From the NCBI RefSeq assembly GCF_041956535.1, contig NW_027192193.1, forward strand, positions 276,437 through 340,436: a stretch of DNA of 64,000 bases, in the 5' to 3' direction. The notes beneath the pieces are model-generated. The model made no database searches, was not told the origin of the DNA, and was given only the letters and a program-made list of their open reading frames with translations. Both the position numbers and the translations under genes were made by a program. Positions 49,467 through 63,400 of the stretch are shown here, piece by piece (the first letter of the stretch is position 1; each line of letters starts with the position of its first letter). This stretch comes from Calcarisporiella thermophila CBS 279.70 (taxonomy: Eukaryota; Fungi; Calcarisporiellomycota).

Positions 49467-50313
49467 CCATGTGCTATTTCTTTTAACAGTTGATTCCTTA
49501 AAGCAGCGGCGCCGTCTTGTTCACAATAACTTCATGGGTAAATTCTCTAAAGATCCTGGCTTCTCTTTCCTTGTGATATCCTAAGCTAACCTCTTCCTAT
49601 TCTATCCGTCCGAACTCATTATTGTGCGCGTTTTTTTTTTTTGCAATAGTTATGAGCAGCTCTATAATCACTTTAATTCTTATGTTTATTACACTCTCAC
49701 CAAGAGTGAGATCGATTTTATATTGGAGAACTTAAGGTGAATAAAAAAATCCCTGCCACTTTGACTTGGTAAGAAATGTAGGCGGCTAGTTTCACGTCTA
49801 CACTAAGGTACTCAATAGAAAAGGAATTGTAAATTAAGGATCAGCCCGAGCATACTTGTGGCGATTATCGCATAAACTCAAGGCAATACATAACGTGTAA
49901 GCAAATCCTCCCCAATGTTCCTATTTCAAGCTAATCATCCGTGAGGGTGTACGCAAATCCTACCCCTAGATCAAGTTCTATATCACGCTTAATACACCTT
50001 TATATATTGTAATACTATTTTATAATTCAACATATTTGTACCATCCAAACTATATACGGACATTGCCAATAAATCTAATATATGTGAGTATGAGCGGGTA
50101 CTCTCAATGTCACTCCAAAGGGTGATCGAATAAAGCAAGGATGCCTCTCCCCACCTTATTTTCTAACATTTATGCAAAACGGCCTGCTGCGAAATTTACC
50201 ATTTCTATCGGACTCCTAAATCCTTTTGGCCAAATACGAAAAGAATAGTGCTATAAGAGCAGTCATTTGCCTCTCACCTTTCATCTCTCTGTCCATCTTG
50301 ACTAACGACTGCT

Positions 50314-52858
50314 ATGTCAGATGCAAAATATTTTCAGAGAGGTACGTGTATCACGCTTATAAATATGTTCCTTTTTGCTTAATAATACAACATAGCATTG
50401 CTGCAAATTCGAAGCATCATCCAAATTTCATCGATTAACAGATTTACTACTTCTCTCTCTCCTTCCATTCTATTAACAGGAAAAATCCAGGAGCTTCGTG
50501 CTGAGCTCAACTCTGACCGTCGCGATTCAAAGCATACTAACCGAAAAAATGTGATGAAGAAGATTGTTGCCAACATGACAATGGGTAACGACATGTCGCC
50601 CCTATTCCAAGACGTACTGTCATGCATGAATGTACCGGTCCTTGAAATCAAGAAGATGGTTTACCTCTACTTGATAAATTATGCACGGAGCAAGCCAGAT
50701 CTGGCCGTGCTAGCATTAGATACATTCATGCGAGTAATTACGCCCCTGTAATCGTTTTTGTTGTCTAGAAATTAATCGTTTGATAATTAGGATGTGGAAG
50801 ACCCGAACCCGTTGATTCGAGCCCTCGCCATTCGTACTATGGGATACATTAATGTTGACAAAATTCTTGATCACCTTGTTGATCCGCTTCTGAATTGCTT
50901 ACGTGACCAAGACCCATACGTGCGTAAAACCGCTGCCATATGTGTTGCTAAATTGTATATGCATGACCCACTCCTTGTAGAAAATGAGCATTTTGTTGAA
51001 ATTTTAAAGGATATGTTGACGGACTCGAATCCAACGGTAAGGGATCGCTGTGGATCCTCAATACACATAAAGACCTAAGAAATCTTAATTATCGTGGATG
51101 CATGTTTTAATTGGAATAGGTCGTCTCTAATGCTATTGCTGCTTTGACTGAAATTTGCGAGCGTTCAGAGAATATTCAGTTAAAATTAAACATGCCTATT
51201 GCTAGTAAACTGGCTGCTGCTCTGAATGAATGTTCCGAGTAAGCTTCTTTTTTGTTTGATTTTGTTCATCTGACGCTGGAGCGGCTCAACCATATTCTTT
51301 TAATAGATGGGGCCAAACCTATATTCTTGAGGCATTAATGTTCTTTGTGCCCCAAGAATCGGGGGACGCTGAAATTATGGCGGAGCGCATCGCTCCTCGC
51401 TTACAGCATGCCAACTCGGGTGTAGTCTTGGCTGCAGTAAAAGTAATAATGTATCTTCTAAACTACATGAAAGAAGAAGATGTACCGGCCTTATGCAAGA
51501 AGCTGTCCCCGCCCTTAGGTAATGGCTATAGAATTCTTCTTGGAAAATAATAATAGCCTAATATCGCTAATAATACGTGGTGGTACATTTGTATGCAGTT
51601 ACCTTGCTATCCAAAGAACCAGAGGTACAATATGTCGCACTCCGCAATATTCTCCTTGTGATTCAAAAATATCCGGACGTGCTTCGCAATGATCTTCGTC
51701 TCTTCTTCTGCAAATACGACGACCCGATTTACGTGAAATTAGCCAAGCTCGAAATTATGTTTAGGCTGGCCAATGCCGAGAATGTCGAGCAGGTTTTATC
51801 CGAATTGAAAGAGTGAGCTTTTTTACAGCCATCCTCTCATACACACGGAGTGGTATGAGCATTCAAACGAAAATGCTAATTTCTGTGAGAATAGGTATGC
51901 GGTTGAGATTGACGTGGATTTTGTGCGAAAGTCGGTAAGATCAATTGGACGCTTGGCTGTGAAAATTGAGTCAGCAGCGGAGCGCTGTATTGCCACACTG
52001 TTGGAGCTTATTCAAACCAAAGTCAACTATATTGTGCAAGAAGCGATTGTTGTGATTAAGGTGATTACAAGTAGATTTTCAGCGGCCGAAGGCGACCAAG
52101 TACTCACTCTTGTGTATTTACGATAGGACATCTTTAGAAAATATCCCAACCAGTACGAGACCATCATTAGTACTCTGTGCGAAAATCTTGACTCCCTGGA
52201 TGAACCCGACGCTAAAGCTGCCATGATTTGGATCATTGGCCAATATGCCGATCGCATTGAGAACTCGCACGAGCTTCTTGACGATTTCCTGTACAACTTT
52301 CTTGAGGAACCTGTGGAAGTACAACTTGCCCTGCTCACAGCCACCGTTAAACTTTTTATAAAGCGCCCAACAGTCGGACAGGATCTGGTGCCTAAAGTCC
52401 TGAAGTGGGCCACCGAGGAAGTGGACAATCCAGATCTCAGAGACCGTGGCTTTATTTACTGGAGACTGCTTTCCACGGATCCGGCGGCCGCGAAGGAGGT
52501 TGTGCTGAGTGATAAACCTCAAATCTCAACCGAAACGGAGCGAATGGATCCCGTAATGCTCGATGAACTTCTGTTGCATATAGCAAGCCTCTCCTCTATC
52601 TACCACAAGAGCCCGACCTCGTTTATACGCTATTCAAAGCCACGATTCTTGATCCCTTCCCCAGTCTTACGGTACGGCAGCTCTTTGGTTGCTCAGTTAC
52701 CGCCCCAGCCGACGGGGTTATTACAGGAAGAGCAACAGCAAACTCAGGAAGATCCTTTTGGACAACCACTGGGCGTGGTGGATAACCCTTACGTGAACGA
52801 CCCGGTCCTCGCAATCGCAAATGCACAACAGCAGCCGCATGATTTGCTTGGGCTTTAG
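50314..52858 (+). CDS. APL1: Adaptor protein complex beta subunit, most like AP-2 beta
   Basis: Motifs [52 protein letters not shown] and [17 protein letters not shown]. Multi-exon. AP-2 versus AP-1 is judged from the N-terminus only. Confidence 0.85.
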
Positions 52859-53308
52859 CTTTACCTCTTTCCCTGTGGGTTTTGAAGGGTCTTTTTTTGC
52901 TATTTAATCTTTTGATATCATTTCAAACTATATCTATCTATCTAAATATCTCTATCTATATATATTTATTCTTATAATCTATCTGTCCTTCTATTTTATT
53001 TGCTAGCTTTCTATTCAATATTTTTGTTATTTTTTAAAACTATTGCCGAAAAGGTAATAGGATATGCATTATCTTGCTAGCTATTTTCTCTAAACACCCT
53101 TGCCTTTTATTTCTTTCGCCTTTAATACACGAGAGAAAAGAAACAATTCTTTATTTATCTATAGACAAAATATAAATATCGATTGTCCCTCAAAAAAAAA
53201 AAATCCAGTGGAAAGGATCATTAGAGATGGAGTAAACACAAGAAAGATAGAGATAATGAAAAGGTAAAGTTTACATTGGATATCTCTCCTGTTTCCAATC
53301 TTACGAAA

Positions 53309-55065
53309 CTATATTAATTCTAGGTAACGGCGCACTTCCCATTCTGTCACTGCAGTTTCCCATAGTCGCCACTCGTGCAACCGTGTTTTTCCGTAGTGGT
53401 CAACGAATCCATCGCCCAGCACCTGACGAGCAATACTTCCACTCTCCATCAGTTTACGCGTTGCATCAATGAGCGACTTTGCAAGCCTCTCCCTTTCGCC
53501 AAGCTTTTCATTGGGCTTTAGTGGAGAGATAGGAATTTCGACCTTATTTTCAATACCCCACGCACCAGCCGCTAGGACGGCTGCGATCGCAAGGTGTGGA
53601 TTAATGTCAGCACCGCTGACACGCTAAAAGTCAGGGAAGAATATATAAAATGTTAGACCCAGAAGATGAACAAAAAAAAATATTCCGTTCACCATTTCCA
53701 ACCGAGTTGCAGAAGGATTGCAGACGGGGGGTGAAATGACTCGAACAGCGGCAATTCGATTTTCGAGTCCCCATGACACAACAATAGGGGCCCAATAGTT
53801 TTCGACCAGCCGTTTATAGCTGTTGATGGTTGGAGCGAACACGGCCATGCAGCTGGGCAGAGCAACCAGCAGACCCCCCAGGAACCATCTCATGATTTGG
53901 CTCATTCCGCGAGCATCCTCCCACTCTTCTTTCTCGCTGCCAGAAGTAGACTGCTCACCTTCTGGCTTTGCAAAGACATTGTGGCCTCCTTTTAGGTCAC
54001 GCAGAGAAAAGTGAAGATGGCCAGAGCAACCTGGTAGATCATTGTGAGGCTTTGCCATGAAAGAGGCAACAACACCGTGCTCTAAGCCAATTTGCTTGAC
54101 TGCGGTTTTGAAGAGAGTGGCACGGTCTGCCATTTCGGCAGCGTTAGTATAAGCCAGTGCAGCCTCGAAGACACCAGGACCTAGTCAGAGAAATACATAT
54201 GAACGACCTAATAGGATTAGTTGGTAGAGAATACATACCGGTTTCCGTGTGCCATCCTTCGAGAGGTACATTGAATTCGCGACACTTGTTGAAAACGTCC
54301 ATATAGAAACCCTGGTTTAGGACCGGTCGTAGTAGTGAGTAACCAAACATTCCGGGTGTGAGGGGAGTGGGGTTGACGTGGTTCTTTTCAGCAAGAGTCT
54401 CGGGTGTCTCTGTGTTTCCATCAAGATTTTCCGTGTTTAACATCATAAAAATCCGCTCCCATCAGTAACGAGTTACCTTTAAAATTGAAAAACTCAAATT
54501 CCGCACCGCACATAGCTTCGTATCCCAAAGCCTTCAGGCGTTCTATTTGGCGTCGCAACAGGCTGCGCGGACACATGTTAAGTGGCTGGCGGGTGTGTGG
54601 ATCCACGAATGAACACAAGAAAAATGGAATGTTATTCTCCCAAGGAATGCGGCGGAAAGTAGAGAGATCAGGAATGCAGAGAATATCCGAATAGCCTGTA
54701 TACGTGCAAACATTTGGAATTAGTGATGAAATACTCGTGGCATCCAACCAATGTATAGCACCTGTTTCCTCATTGGACACCGCAACCTTCTCGGTGTAGG
54801 TTTTATCGTGGAGATCCCAACCGAAGATAACACTGCAGAAACCTACCCACGATGAAAAGGTATACATCGATCTACTTAACTTCATTGATTTTTAATCGTG
54901 CACCTTACCAATGCCATGTTCTATCGCGCTAAGGAATTTAGATTTCTGGATAATTTTGCCTCGCAATACGCCGTCGATGTCAACACCTGCAATGCGCACA
55001 CATTCATCATTCTCAAGCAGCTCAACAGTCTCCTCATAGTTAGTAGGTTTTCTATGGGATGCCAT
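53309..55065 (-). CDS. Type I glutamine synthetase-like / gamma-glutamyl ligase (FluG C-domain-like)
   Basis: Motifs GVDIDGVLRGK, GAEFEFF, HTETGPGVFEA, FMAKP..GCSGHLHFS, NSYKRL and RLEMRVSGADINPHL. Multi-exon; TAG at 53309-53311. Confidence 0.88.
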
Positions 55066-56592
55066 CTTGATATCGAAAAATGCGGAAATATGTGGTATGG
55101 GTGGTTGCGTTCAATCTAAGCAAAAGCTCAGTCAAAGAGGGAAATTTCTAAGTGCTCCAGAACTAAGAATTTCAGAGCCGTGATCATGCGACGTGTACTC
55201 TTGCCACCGAGGCCCTCGCGGCTGTTGATTCGTTGCTGCATCCAGTGTATCCATTTCCTTACCAAAATCCCATAGTTACTAAAACTAGTCCCACCCAAAT
55301 TCATGCCCCGCCATCTCCGTTTTTCTCTCAGAGGCTTGACATCATGTCCAGCCACCCAAATCGATACTTATAGTTAATGATTGTAATTCCAACTCAAACC
55401 TAATATTCATTGTTAGAGGGGTCTCTTTGCCCTCATGCAACGCGGAATACATTAAGATTCAGCTCATTACACTATAGAGGAGGATGGGGATCATAAAGGA
55501 TTGCATCGTATCGATTATCTCGATTTCACTCCGATAGAAATGTATATGCAGCATCGTTTTGCCTGAAAATGCGCTCAGCAAATTGCTTGTGGGAGGCCAG
55601 GAGGTGATTATATGAGTGAGAAATGCACATGCTGGCTTCGTTGATGGAGGCCACAATCCTGTATACAGGAAAGGCCGTGGGATAATCTGCCAGTGATCAA
55701 GGTCCAAGCGCTTTCCCAGGAGTCGAAGTGGAGCCAGAGCTCAATCTATCATGCCCGCCTCTCGTTCAGTTGCTACTTTCTATCTCACAACACCGTAAAT
55801 TTCGCACTAACCTCTGCCTAAAGGAGAGAAGGTAATTGTGCAGTAGAGACCTGAGCTTTTCCTTAGCGCCGTGAAATGCTTGGCTAGTTGGGGGGTCTCT
55901 AATTGAAAAATACACGTGTGCTTAGCGGGGATTTGGCTTAAGGAGAGGCCGAGACCGAAGTGATAGCTTGGAAATCCCCATGTGTAGATATCCTCTGGAT
56001 AAAAAGTATTTCATAGCGCCACCATCGCCTCCCGAGAATTTTCCATCCCTCCAGTCCCCATAAACTATCAATTAATGGCTCTTCTGCAAGTGCGCCATCT
56101 AAAATCTTGTAAAATGAGTTTAAATTGCTAGTTTTAATATTAATGGATTCCCGCACATTTCAAGAATTTATCAGAATACGAGACGAAAAAAGACATAATA
56201 ATAGCTTTTCTATCACAAAAATAAAGGAAAAAAGGAGAAGGAAAAACAAGAGAAAGAAAAAAGAAAATCCCTCAAATTCTTTATGAATTAAAAAAAAAGC
56301 AAGTCAAGGCAAAAAAAAAATATATAAGAAGAGATAGAAAGGATGAGTATAAAAAATAATAGAATGAATAAAGAAAAAATGGCTTGCACTTAAAAAATCA
56401 TAATATAAAACAACTTTATGTTGCCGTGTTTTCAATTTTTTTTTTGGTTAGTAAATAGGAATAGAAATCATAATAAGGGGGATGAAAGAGAAAGCACCTG
56501 ATCCCATATGTGATTCTTTCACTTAAGAAAAAAAAATGAAGACGGTGAAAGCGGGAGATTACAAATAATAATAGGGAGAGCATTGAAACTAT

Positions 56593-57309
56593 TCACAGCA
56601 CCAAGCATTTCTTCTTGTTCTTATTTCCACGCTGTTTCACCAGGAGAGCGGCGCGAGTCGCATGCTCGAAGACATCCCGGACTCCCTCTCCTGTCTTAGC
56701 GGAGCATTCTAGATATTTGTAGGCTCCGATCTTTTGTGCAATTGTCATGCCCTCCTCGGGGGAGACAGGTCTTTGAGAAGTTTTGCGTAGTTCTTCAATA
56801 ACCGCGGGATCGTATCGCAGATCTTTCTTACAGCCAACCAACAGAATGGGCAGGTTGGGACAGAAGTGAATGACCTCGGAGACCCATTTTTCTTGAACGT
56901 TGTCCAGGGAGTCGGGCGAATCGATTGCGAAACAAATAAGAATGACATGAGAATCGGGATAGGAGAGAGGGCGGAGACGATCATAGTCTTCTTGGCCACT
57001 ATTTCCAAGGATATTCTCATTAAACGAAGTGAGAAATTTCAGTGTGAACTAGAATTATTTACGCTGTATCCCAAAGCGCTAATTCAACATGCTTGCCATC
57101 CACCTCCACATCCGCAACGTAGTTTTCGAAAACAGTAGGAACATAAAACTATCCCCAAAATCATTAGTCTTCCATTATCTGTTCGTCTAACCAATGCTGA
57201 AGCCATCTGTTACCTCAGGAAAAGTTCCTTTAGAAAACACAATTAACAGGCAAGTTTTCCCGCATGCACCATCCCCTACAATCACAAGCTTCCGGCGAAG
57301 TTCGGCCAT
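56593..57309 (-). CDS. RHO1: Rho1 small GTPase
   Basis: [48 protein letters not shown] and C-terminal CAAX (CLVL). Two coding introns. Confidence 0.96.
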
Positions 57310-58029
57310 TTTAGCTTTTTACACTGTATACTGACGTTGCGATGAATCAAGAATAGATTAAGCCTAGAAATTAAAAGAGTTGTACTATAATTAGCCAAAT
57401 CCAATCAAAGTAGCGAGATGAAGGATCAAGAAAACGTGAAAAAAAAAAATCATCAGCCCCGCGGATGCTTAAGTAGGAGCAAATAACGAGGTGTAATTTC
57501 ATCCCATCAACGATTTTTAAAAGTTAAGAAAATAAAAAACAATCGCCAGAAAACTGATGTACAATGCACTTTATCTCACTATAACCAACATATAAGAACA
57601 GGTATAGACACGTAAAACTATACCTTGCTGATCCGGAGAAGAAGAGTGGATTAGATAGTGTAGCAAATAAGATAAGCTTAACAATATAATAATGTTGAGA
57701 ATAAAAATAGAATTGATTTTGAAATCAGAAGAAAAAAAGAGAAGAGGGCTTGTACGGCAGGAACAGAGAACGAAAATGAGGCCGTGGGTTCCGCAATGCA
57801 AAAAAGATCTACACTACAAAATTGAAATCAAAAAAATCTTGATTATTTATTTGGACCATAGGCCTCCATTTCCCATTCCGATTTTTACAGTACAGTCCTC
57901 TGTGTTCGCATATGAAAAAATTAGACCATTGAACTGGTAAAGTTATTCTTCTAAGTTTATTATTAATAAAACAAGTATGGATGATTTTATTATATCCAAA
58001 TTCTCAAGACAGTCCCCCCTATTTGCAAA

Positions 58030-61000
58030 TCAAAATTCCATTGAATCCTTCCTCTCTCCTTCCACCGGATTTGAAGCATTCCCTTTCCCTTGCCGCTTTT
58101 GTTCTCGGTACGCTTGGATACGCGCTTTCAGCTCTGGGTCTAAGGCAAGCAAAAATATAATATTTGCCTTCAATGAAAATATAAAGTAAGGACGAAAAAA
58201 AGTAACCTACTCGGGACAACATCCTCGATTCTTAACGGCATTCGATTGAAGGGATCTTTCGCATCGCTCAGCAAATGGCTTTTGATGGTGCTTCGGTCCA
58301 TGGTGACTCCCGAAGTGGGGAGAACCACCGGGTCGTCCATTAGCGTGTACATGAGTGGGTCCAGGAACTCCTCGGGAACCTCGCCCAGCTCCTCTTCTTC
58401 ACCTTCCTTCGCTTTAAGGTAGGCCTCTACATCGGCCACCAGTTGCAGCAAGCGATCCATTTCCTGCTGAGGCTTCAGGCCATATCGCAGAAGAATGCGG
58501 GTCGCTTTCTCGAACAGCTCTTTTCGGTAGCTACGCCCATCTCTTGCCACCGCCTCCACAAAGGTTGTGCAGTAAAGATGCAAGTAGATATCCACCAGAT
58601 CGCATAATAGCTCTCTCGGGCGAAACTGGTACCGCTCTCGTGACTCCACCGCAAGCTCAGTGCATTTCGGTCCTACCAGTTGCATTAGATTGTAATCTAA
58701 CATGGCCGCGAGACGATCCACTATCTCTGGCATGAGGAAAGGGGCCGGGATGACCCCGGTCAGCTGCTTAAGCATCTGAACGGTTTCATTCCCTAGCTGC
58801 ATGTAGGACAGAGCCTGTCTTTCGAGCATTTTTAAATGGGATTCTCGCTCTCGCCGGTATTGCAGCGGTTTGGCTTCCCAGTTTGCCTTGTCCTTGATCT
58901 CCTGCTGAATGGCGTGGATCTCGGTCAGCTTATTAAGACTTTCGTCCAATAAGAAGGTCGCGTCGTTCATTAGCAGGTTCACAAAACGCACAAAGTCCTC
59001 GCCCGTTGATAGCAGGCGTAGTCGTTCCTGGTGCTGGGGGTTGTTCCATAGAACTTTAAATACCTGTGAGATATTGTATCGTATGTTGAATTTATCGTAG
59101 AATTGTGAATGCAGGCCGGTGCTCTCTACTTCGACGTAGAAAGCAATCAACGCTCCAAAGAGATATTCAATCGCGAGAGGGTGCGAGTTCAGTAGCCAGC
59201 CAAGGGCGCCCTGAGGATCATTACGGTCGGGCCAGGTGAAGAAAAAGAGCAACTGAAAAAAGAAGACAAAGGTCGAATTATTCTTCTATTGCTCACCATA
59301 TATATATTGCAGATGCAAGCATACCTCGACCAGCTTGGCCTTCAAGTACGGATTCTTGATATAGGCGGTATTCTGAAGGAACACAACCACGAAAACGACC
59401 AGTTCTTCCTTCGAGCAAGTCTTCAGAACATCAGGGTTGAATCTCCCCAGATATAAAAAGAACTCCACAATATCATCGATGAGAAACTCTGGTAACATTG
59501 CAAACCCTTTCGGAACTTCCTTGGGCAGAGGAAGCTGGATAGGCTCCTGCGGATGTATTCCGCGTGGATCCACACGTCTTACAAGCCAGGTCATCAGCAG
59601 GTTGAAAAAGCGCACGCAGTGAGAAAGCAAAGACGGGTCACGCAGCTGAGCGTCGAGAGCGAGTTTGAACGTGGCCATCTTATCTATATCGGCTTTAAGT
59701 CGCTTCATGATCTCCTCATTGAACATGGCCGCTGGTGACTAAAGAAATAATATCGTTAGTATCTCGCATTCACACAGCATTAGAGCTCAATTTGGGGTCG
59801 CACATTTGCCCATCGTGCTTGGTCCGCTTTCATCCGATCATATTCTCGCTGCAGTTCGCTCAGCTGCTTCATAAAGTCCCCGTACACATTAAACACCCTC
59901 CCTAAGCCATAATGGAAAAAGGCTGCCGTAAGAAAGAATACTTCTGAAATAAAATTGGGAGGCTGGTCAGGCGAAGATGGTGGTTCAGCGTAGTATGCGT
60001 CGGATTCCTCTTGAGTGGCGCATATTTTTGTTTCAGAACGGGAGGGAATCCGAGTTGATTTGCGAAAGTAGTCAGGATCGATCCGATCGATCTAAAAAAA
60101 AATAGAAGGAAACAATCCCCAAATGTCAGTATACAATCACAATAGTTCAAGAATGCGTAAGCATAAAGAGCAAGGCACACCTTGGAGTAATTTAGATCCA
60201 TGAATGGATCACAGAACTCTAGTAGAACTACAAACGTGTTTACCATGAACCCATCACTCGAGACCGCTCCCCGATCCACCTGCATCTGCGCGCGTTTCTC
60301 ATTTCGCTGTACAATGGTAGCCAAATAGGATAATACGCCCTCTCGCGCTTGAGGAGAGGAGCGAATGATATTATTCAAGATGTTTTTAAGTGTAATCTGG
60401 ATATTCTGGAGGGTAGAGCGCAGATTGCCCATAGCAGACTGGAGATCGCTTTGTGTTCTCGATTCTGGATTTGGAAAGTACATCTCAGCAATAGTGGGCT
60501 AATGCGAGAAGAAATGATTAGCACAAGGACAGCTTAGAACCGCCACAAAATACCCACCACGTCCTCTGGGAAAGCAGATATTCGCATAAATGGGCCCAGT
60601 ATTGTTATTAACTCTATTGATCGTGCAGGCGTATTGGGTGGGTTGAAATTGGGGAGTGTGGGAATCTAGAAGGGTAGAAAGAATACAAAAGTTCGCGTGA
60701 ACACAGTGGGAACAACTTGAGAAACTTCCTTTTGAGGTCAAAACCCTACCATAGCAGCGATAGGTTTGATCTCGGTGAGTAACAATAGAGCTTGCAATGA
60801 GGATCGAAAATCACCAAGTATATTCTCCCCTCTTATCTTGGCCGCCATGCCGGTTAACACAGGACCAAAAAGTTTATCTAAATCGTCGTTTTCAAATCGG
60901 GTCACTAACTGCCTAATAAAGCTATCTGGCAAGCTCTCCGGAGAGTCCGGGTCGGCCAGTATCCGGGGAACAAGTAGCTCAGGACCAAGTGAGCTCGCAT

Positions 61001-61987
61001 TAGGGATCTGGGGAAACATATCCGGCATTTGGAGAACTAAACCAGAGTATGAGACGACGAGGGAGAGCACGGAATCAAGCACCTCCACACGCTGTTCTAC
61101 TACAGAGGAGTCCATGCTAGAGGCTCTTGATAAGGTGCCGCGTCGTATCTCTGACGCCCTGCGCCAGCAACCAAGTAAATATTCAAATAGTGGGAGTTGT
61201 AAAAGCGAGGAAGATGCTTGGTTTTCAGGAACGATATTTTCTGGGTCTATAGAGAGACGTGCAACAACAACACGGTCTAGGATGTCGCGACTAATTTTGA
61301 AGTTGGTTACAGCTGGATTTTCTTCAGATAGTTCTGTTGCGAGGGAAGTGAGGAAGACGGAATTGGGTCCAGATTTTGCTGGCTTTAAAAGAATTCGAAA
61401 ATTACAGAATCAGAAACACAAATATATGAACGCAAAAGAGGACAAATGCAATCTCACATCAAGAGTCACCTGCAGGATACGAGATATTGCTTCATTTTGC
61501 CAGTCCTCAAAAGATAATGCTTTCTTTGGTGTGGGTGCAGATGTGGAGACAAACTATATTTGATAGACAATTAGAAACATCAATAGGTAATTCTACGCGT
61601 TTTCCTTAGTTCGTAATTGATAAAAGTTACCTTTTCTTCTAATTTTCCAGAAAGGTCCTCTCTGGGAGGTTGTCTAGAAACGGATGACAAAGATGCCTCA
61701 TTCTCCACCGATGCCTTGATTAGAACTGCCGCGTCTCTCACCTCTGAATTTTGCTCTCGTCTTGGTAAATGTGTCTTCGATTGTGTTTGCTGTTGGGCTT
61801 GTTGTTGAGCTTGCTGCTGGGCCTGTTGTTGTGCTTGCTGGATTTTTGCGAGGCGTTTAAGTCGGATCTAGTAATGTGTTAAAAAATGGAGAGGAGCAAT
61901 TTAGTTAAGAAACAATTGTAACTTGAGGAAACAGATAGCCAGGAAGAAATTACGCTCTACCTGTTCTGTCTCATTCTGCGAATCCAT
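58030..61987 (-). CDS. UFD2: U-box ubiquitin conjugation factor E4 (Ufd2/UBE4B)
   Basis: Motifs [29 protein letters not shown] and [15 protein letters not shown], and U-box [17 protein letters not shown]...DPFNR. N-terminal (QQQA)n tract; multi-exon. Confidence 0.93.
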
Positions 61988-62215
61988 TATGACTTGATAT
62001 GTTCTCTTCTCTTCTTTAATGATCTACGATTATTCTATATAATAACCAGTATCGTGGCTTTAAAATCAGATTTGGGGCCTACGTCTCCTTCCACCATGTG
62101 ACACGTTGTACTATACTGACAGCAGGCAAGAAAAGAGAGATATTCTCCGTATTTTTTTCTTTTTCTTCTGTTTCCTTTGCACTGGACGTGACCAATCCGT
62201 TCACCTTAGTTAATA

Positions 62216-63400
62216 ATGTCTGTAGTGTTAGATCCCTCGAACCAGCTTTCTTTTCGAAGTAGGCAACTTAATTAAACTTTCTCCCATTTTCCCATGCTAT
62301 TGTATTAATTGCGAATCCCCACCCTTAAAAATTAGGGCCGTTGACAACACAGGTGAAGGAGATTCTTAGAATAAAGAATCCAAACCCGTATCCGGTCGCT
62401 TTCAAAGTGAAAACTACGGCGCCCAAGCAGTACTGTGTGCGGCCCAATTCAGGTCGCGTTGAGTCACAGTCCGAGCTGGACGTGCAGAGTGAGTAAGGTG
62501 TATGCAAGTTTTTACCAACAATTGACTCATCATTTTTTGTAAAATGATTTTTTTTCTAGTTCTCCTCCAACCTTTGAAGGAGGATCCTCCACCCGATTTT
62601 AAATCCCGTGACAAGTTCCTTGTACAAACTATTCCTATTACTCCAGAACTGGAAGAAATACCCTCCCATACTTTTGTACGAGCACTTTAACTCGTCTTGC
62701 TTACTTTCCTGTCAATTAATCCAATCCTCCTCTTCCTTTCTAGTGGTCTCAAGTTGAAAAAACACACAAAGATAAAATATCTGACAAAAAAATCCGCTGT
62801 GTGTATCTTCCTCCCGCAGGACATTCGCGTGCCGCGAGCGACTCCGGACCAGATAGCCAGCAAAGCGGTGGCCAACCAGGCGCACAAACTGGGGCTAAGG
62901 TGGACCCATATCATTCTGCAGCAGAAGAGGATTATCCTCCTTCGACAGCTGGGCATGGGCAACGCGCTAAACCTCCTCACGCCCCTCAAGCGCAATCCGC
63001 TCAACAAATACCTCTGCAACAAGCTCAATCGCATGCACAGCCATATGCTTCCACACGAGATACGGGCTCTAATGCCACGAGCGCTGTAGGTGCTACTGGT
63101 GCCACCGGAGAGGACGCGAAGCGCCGTCGAACTTCACACCAGCGCCAAAATGAACGTGAGCGAGCTGAGATAACCCGCCTGCAGAAAGAACTCAATGATG
63201 CACGAGATATGATGGAACGATTGCAGTCGAAGATCGAGAATTTGGAACGAGAACGTAAATCGCGACGAGAAGCTGCCCTGACAAGAGGAGGTGTGGTACA
63301 ATCGGGAGAGATGATAGGAGGATTAGGTGGGGGGGTGTCGGTTTTGATGGCTGCGTTAATTGCAGTAATCTCCTTTTTGATAGCTTACTGGTTCTTTTAG
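62216..63400 (+). CDS. SCS2: VAP-family ER membrane protein (MSP domain, coiled coil, C-terminal TM)
   Basis: VAFKVKTTAPKQYCVRPNSG signature, RDKFLVQ, a coiled coil and C-terminal TM VLMAALIAVISFLIAYWFF. Confidence 0.93.
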
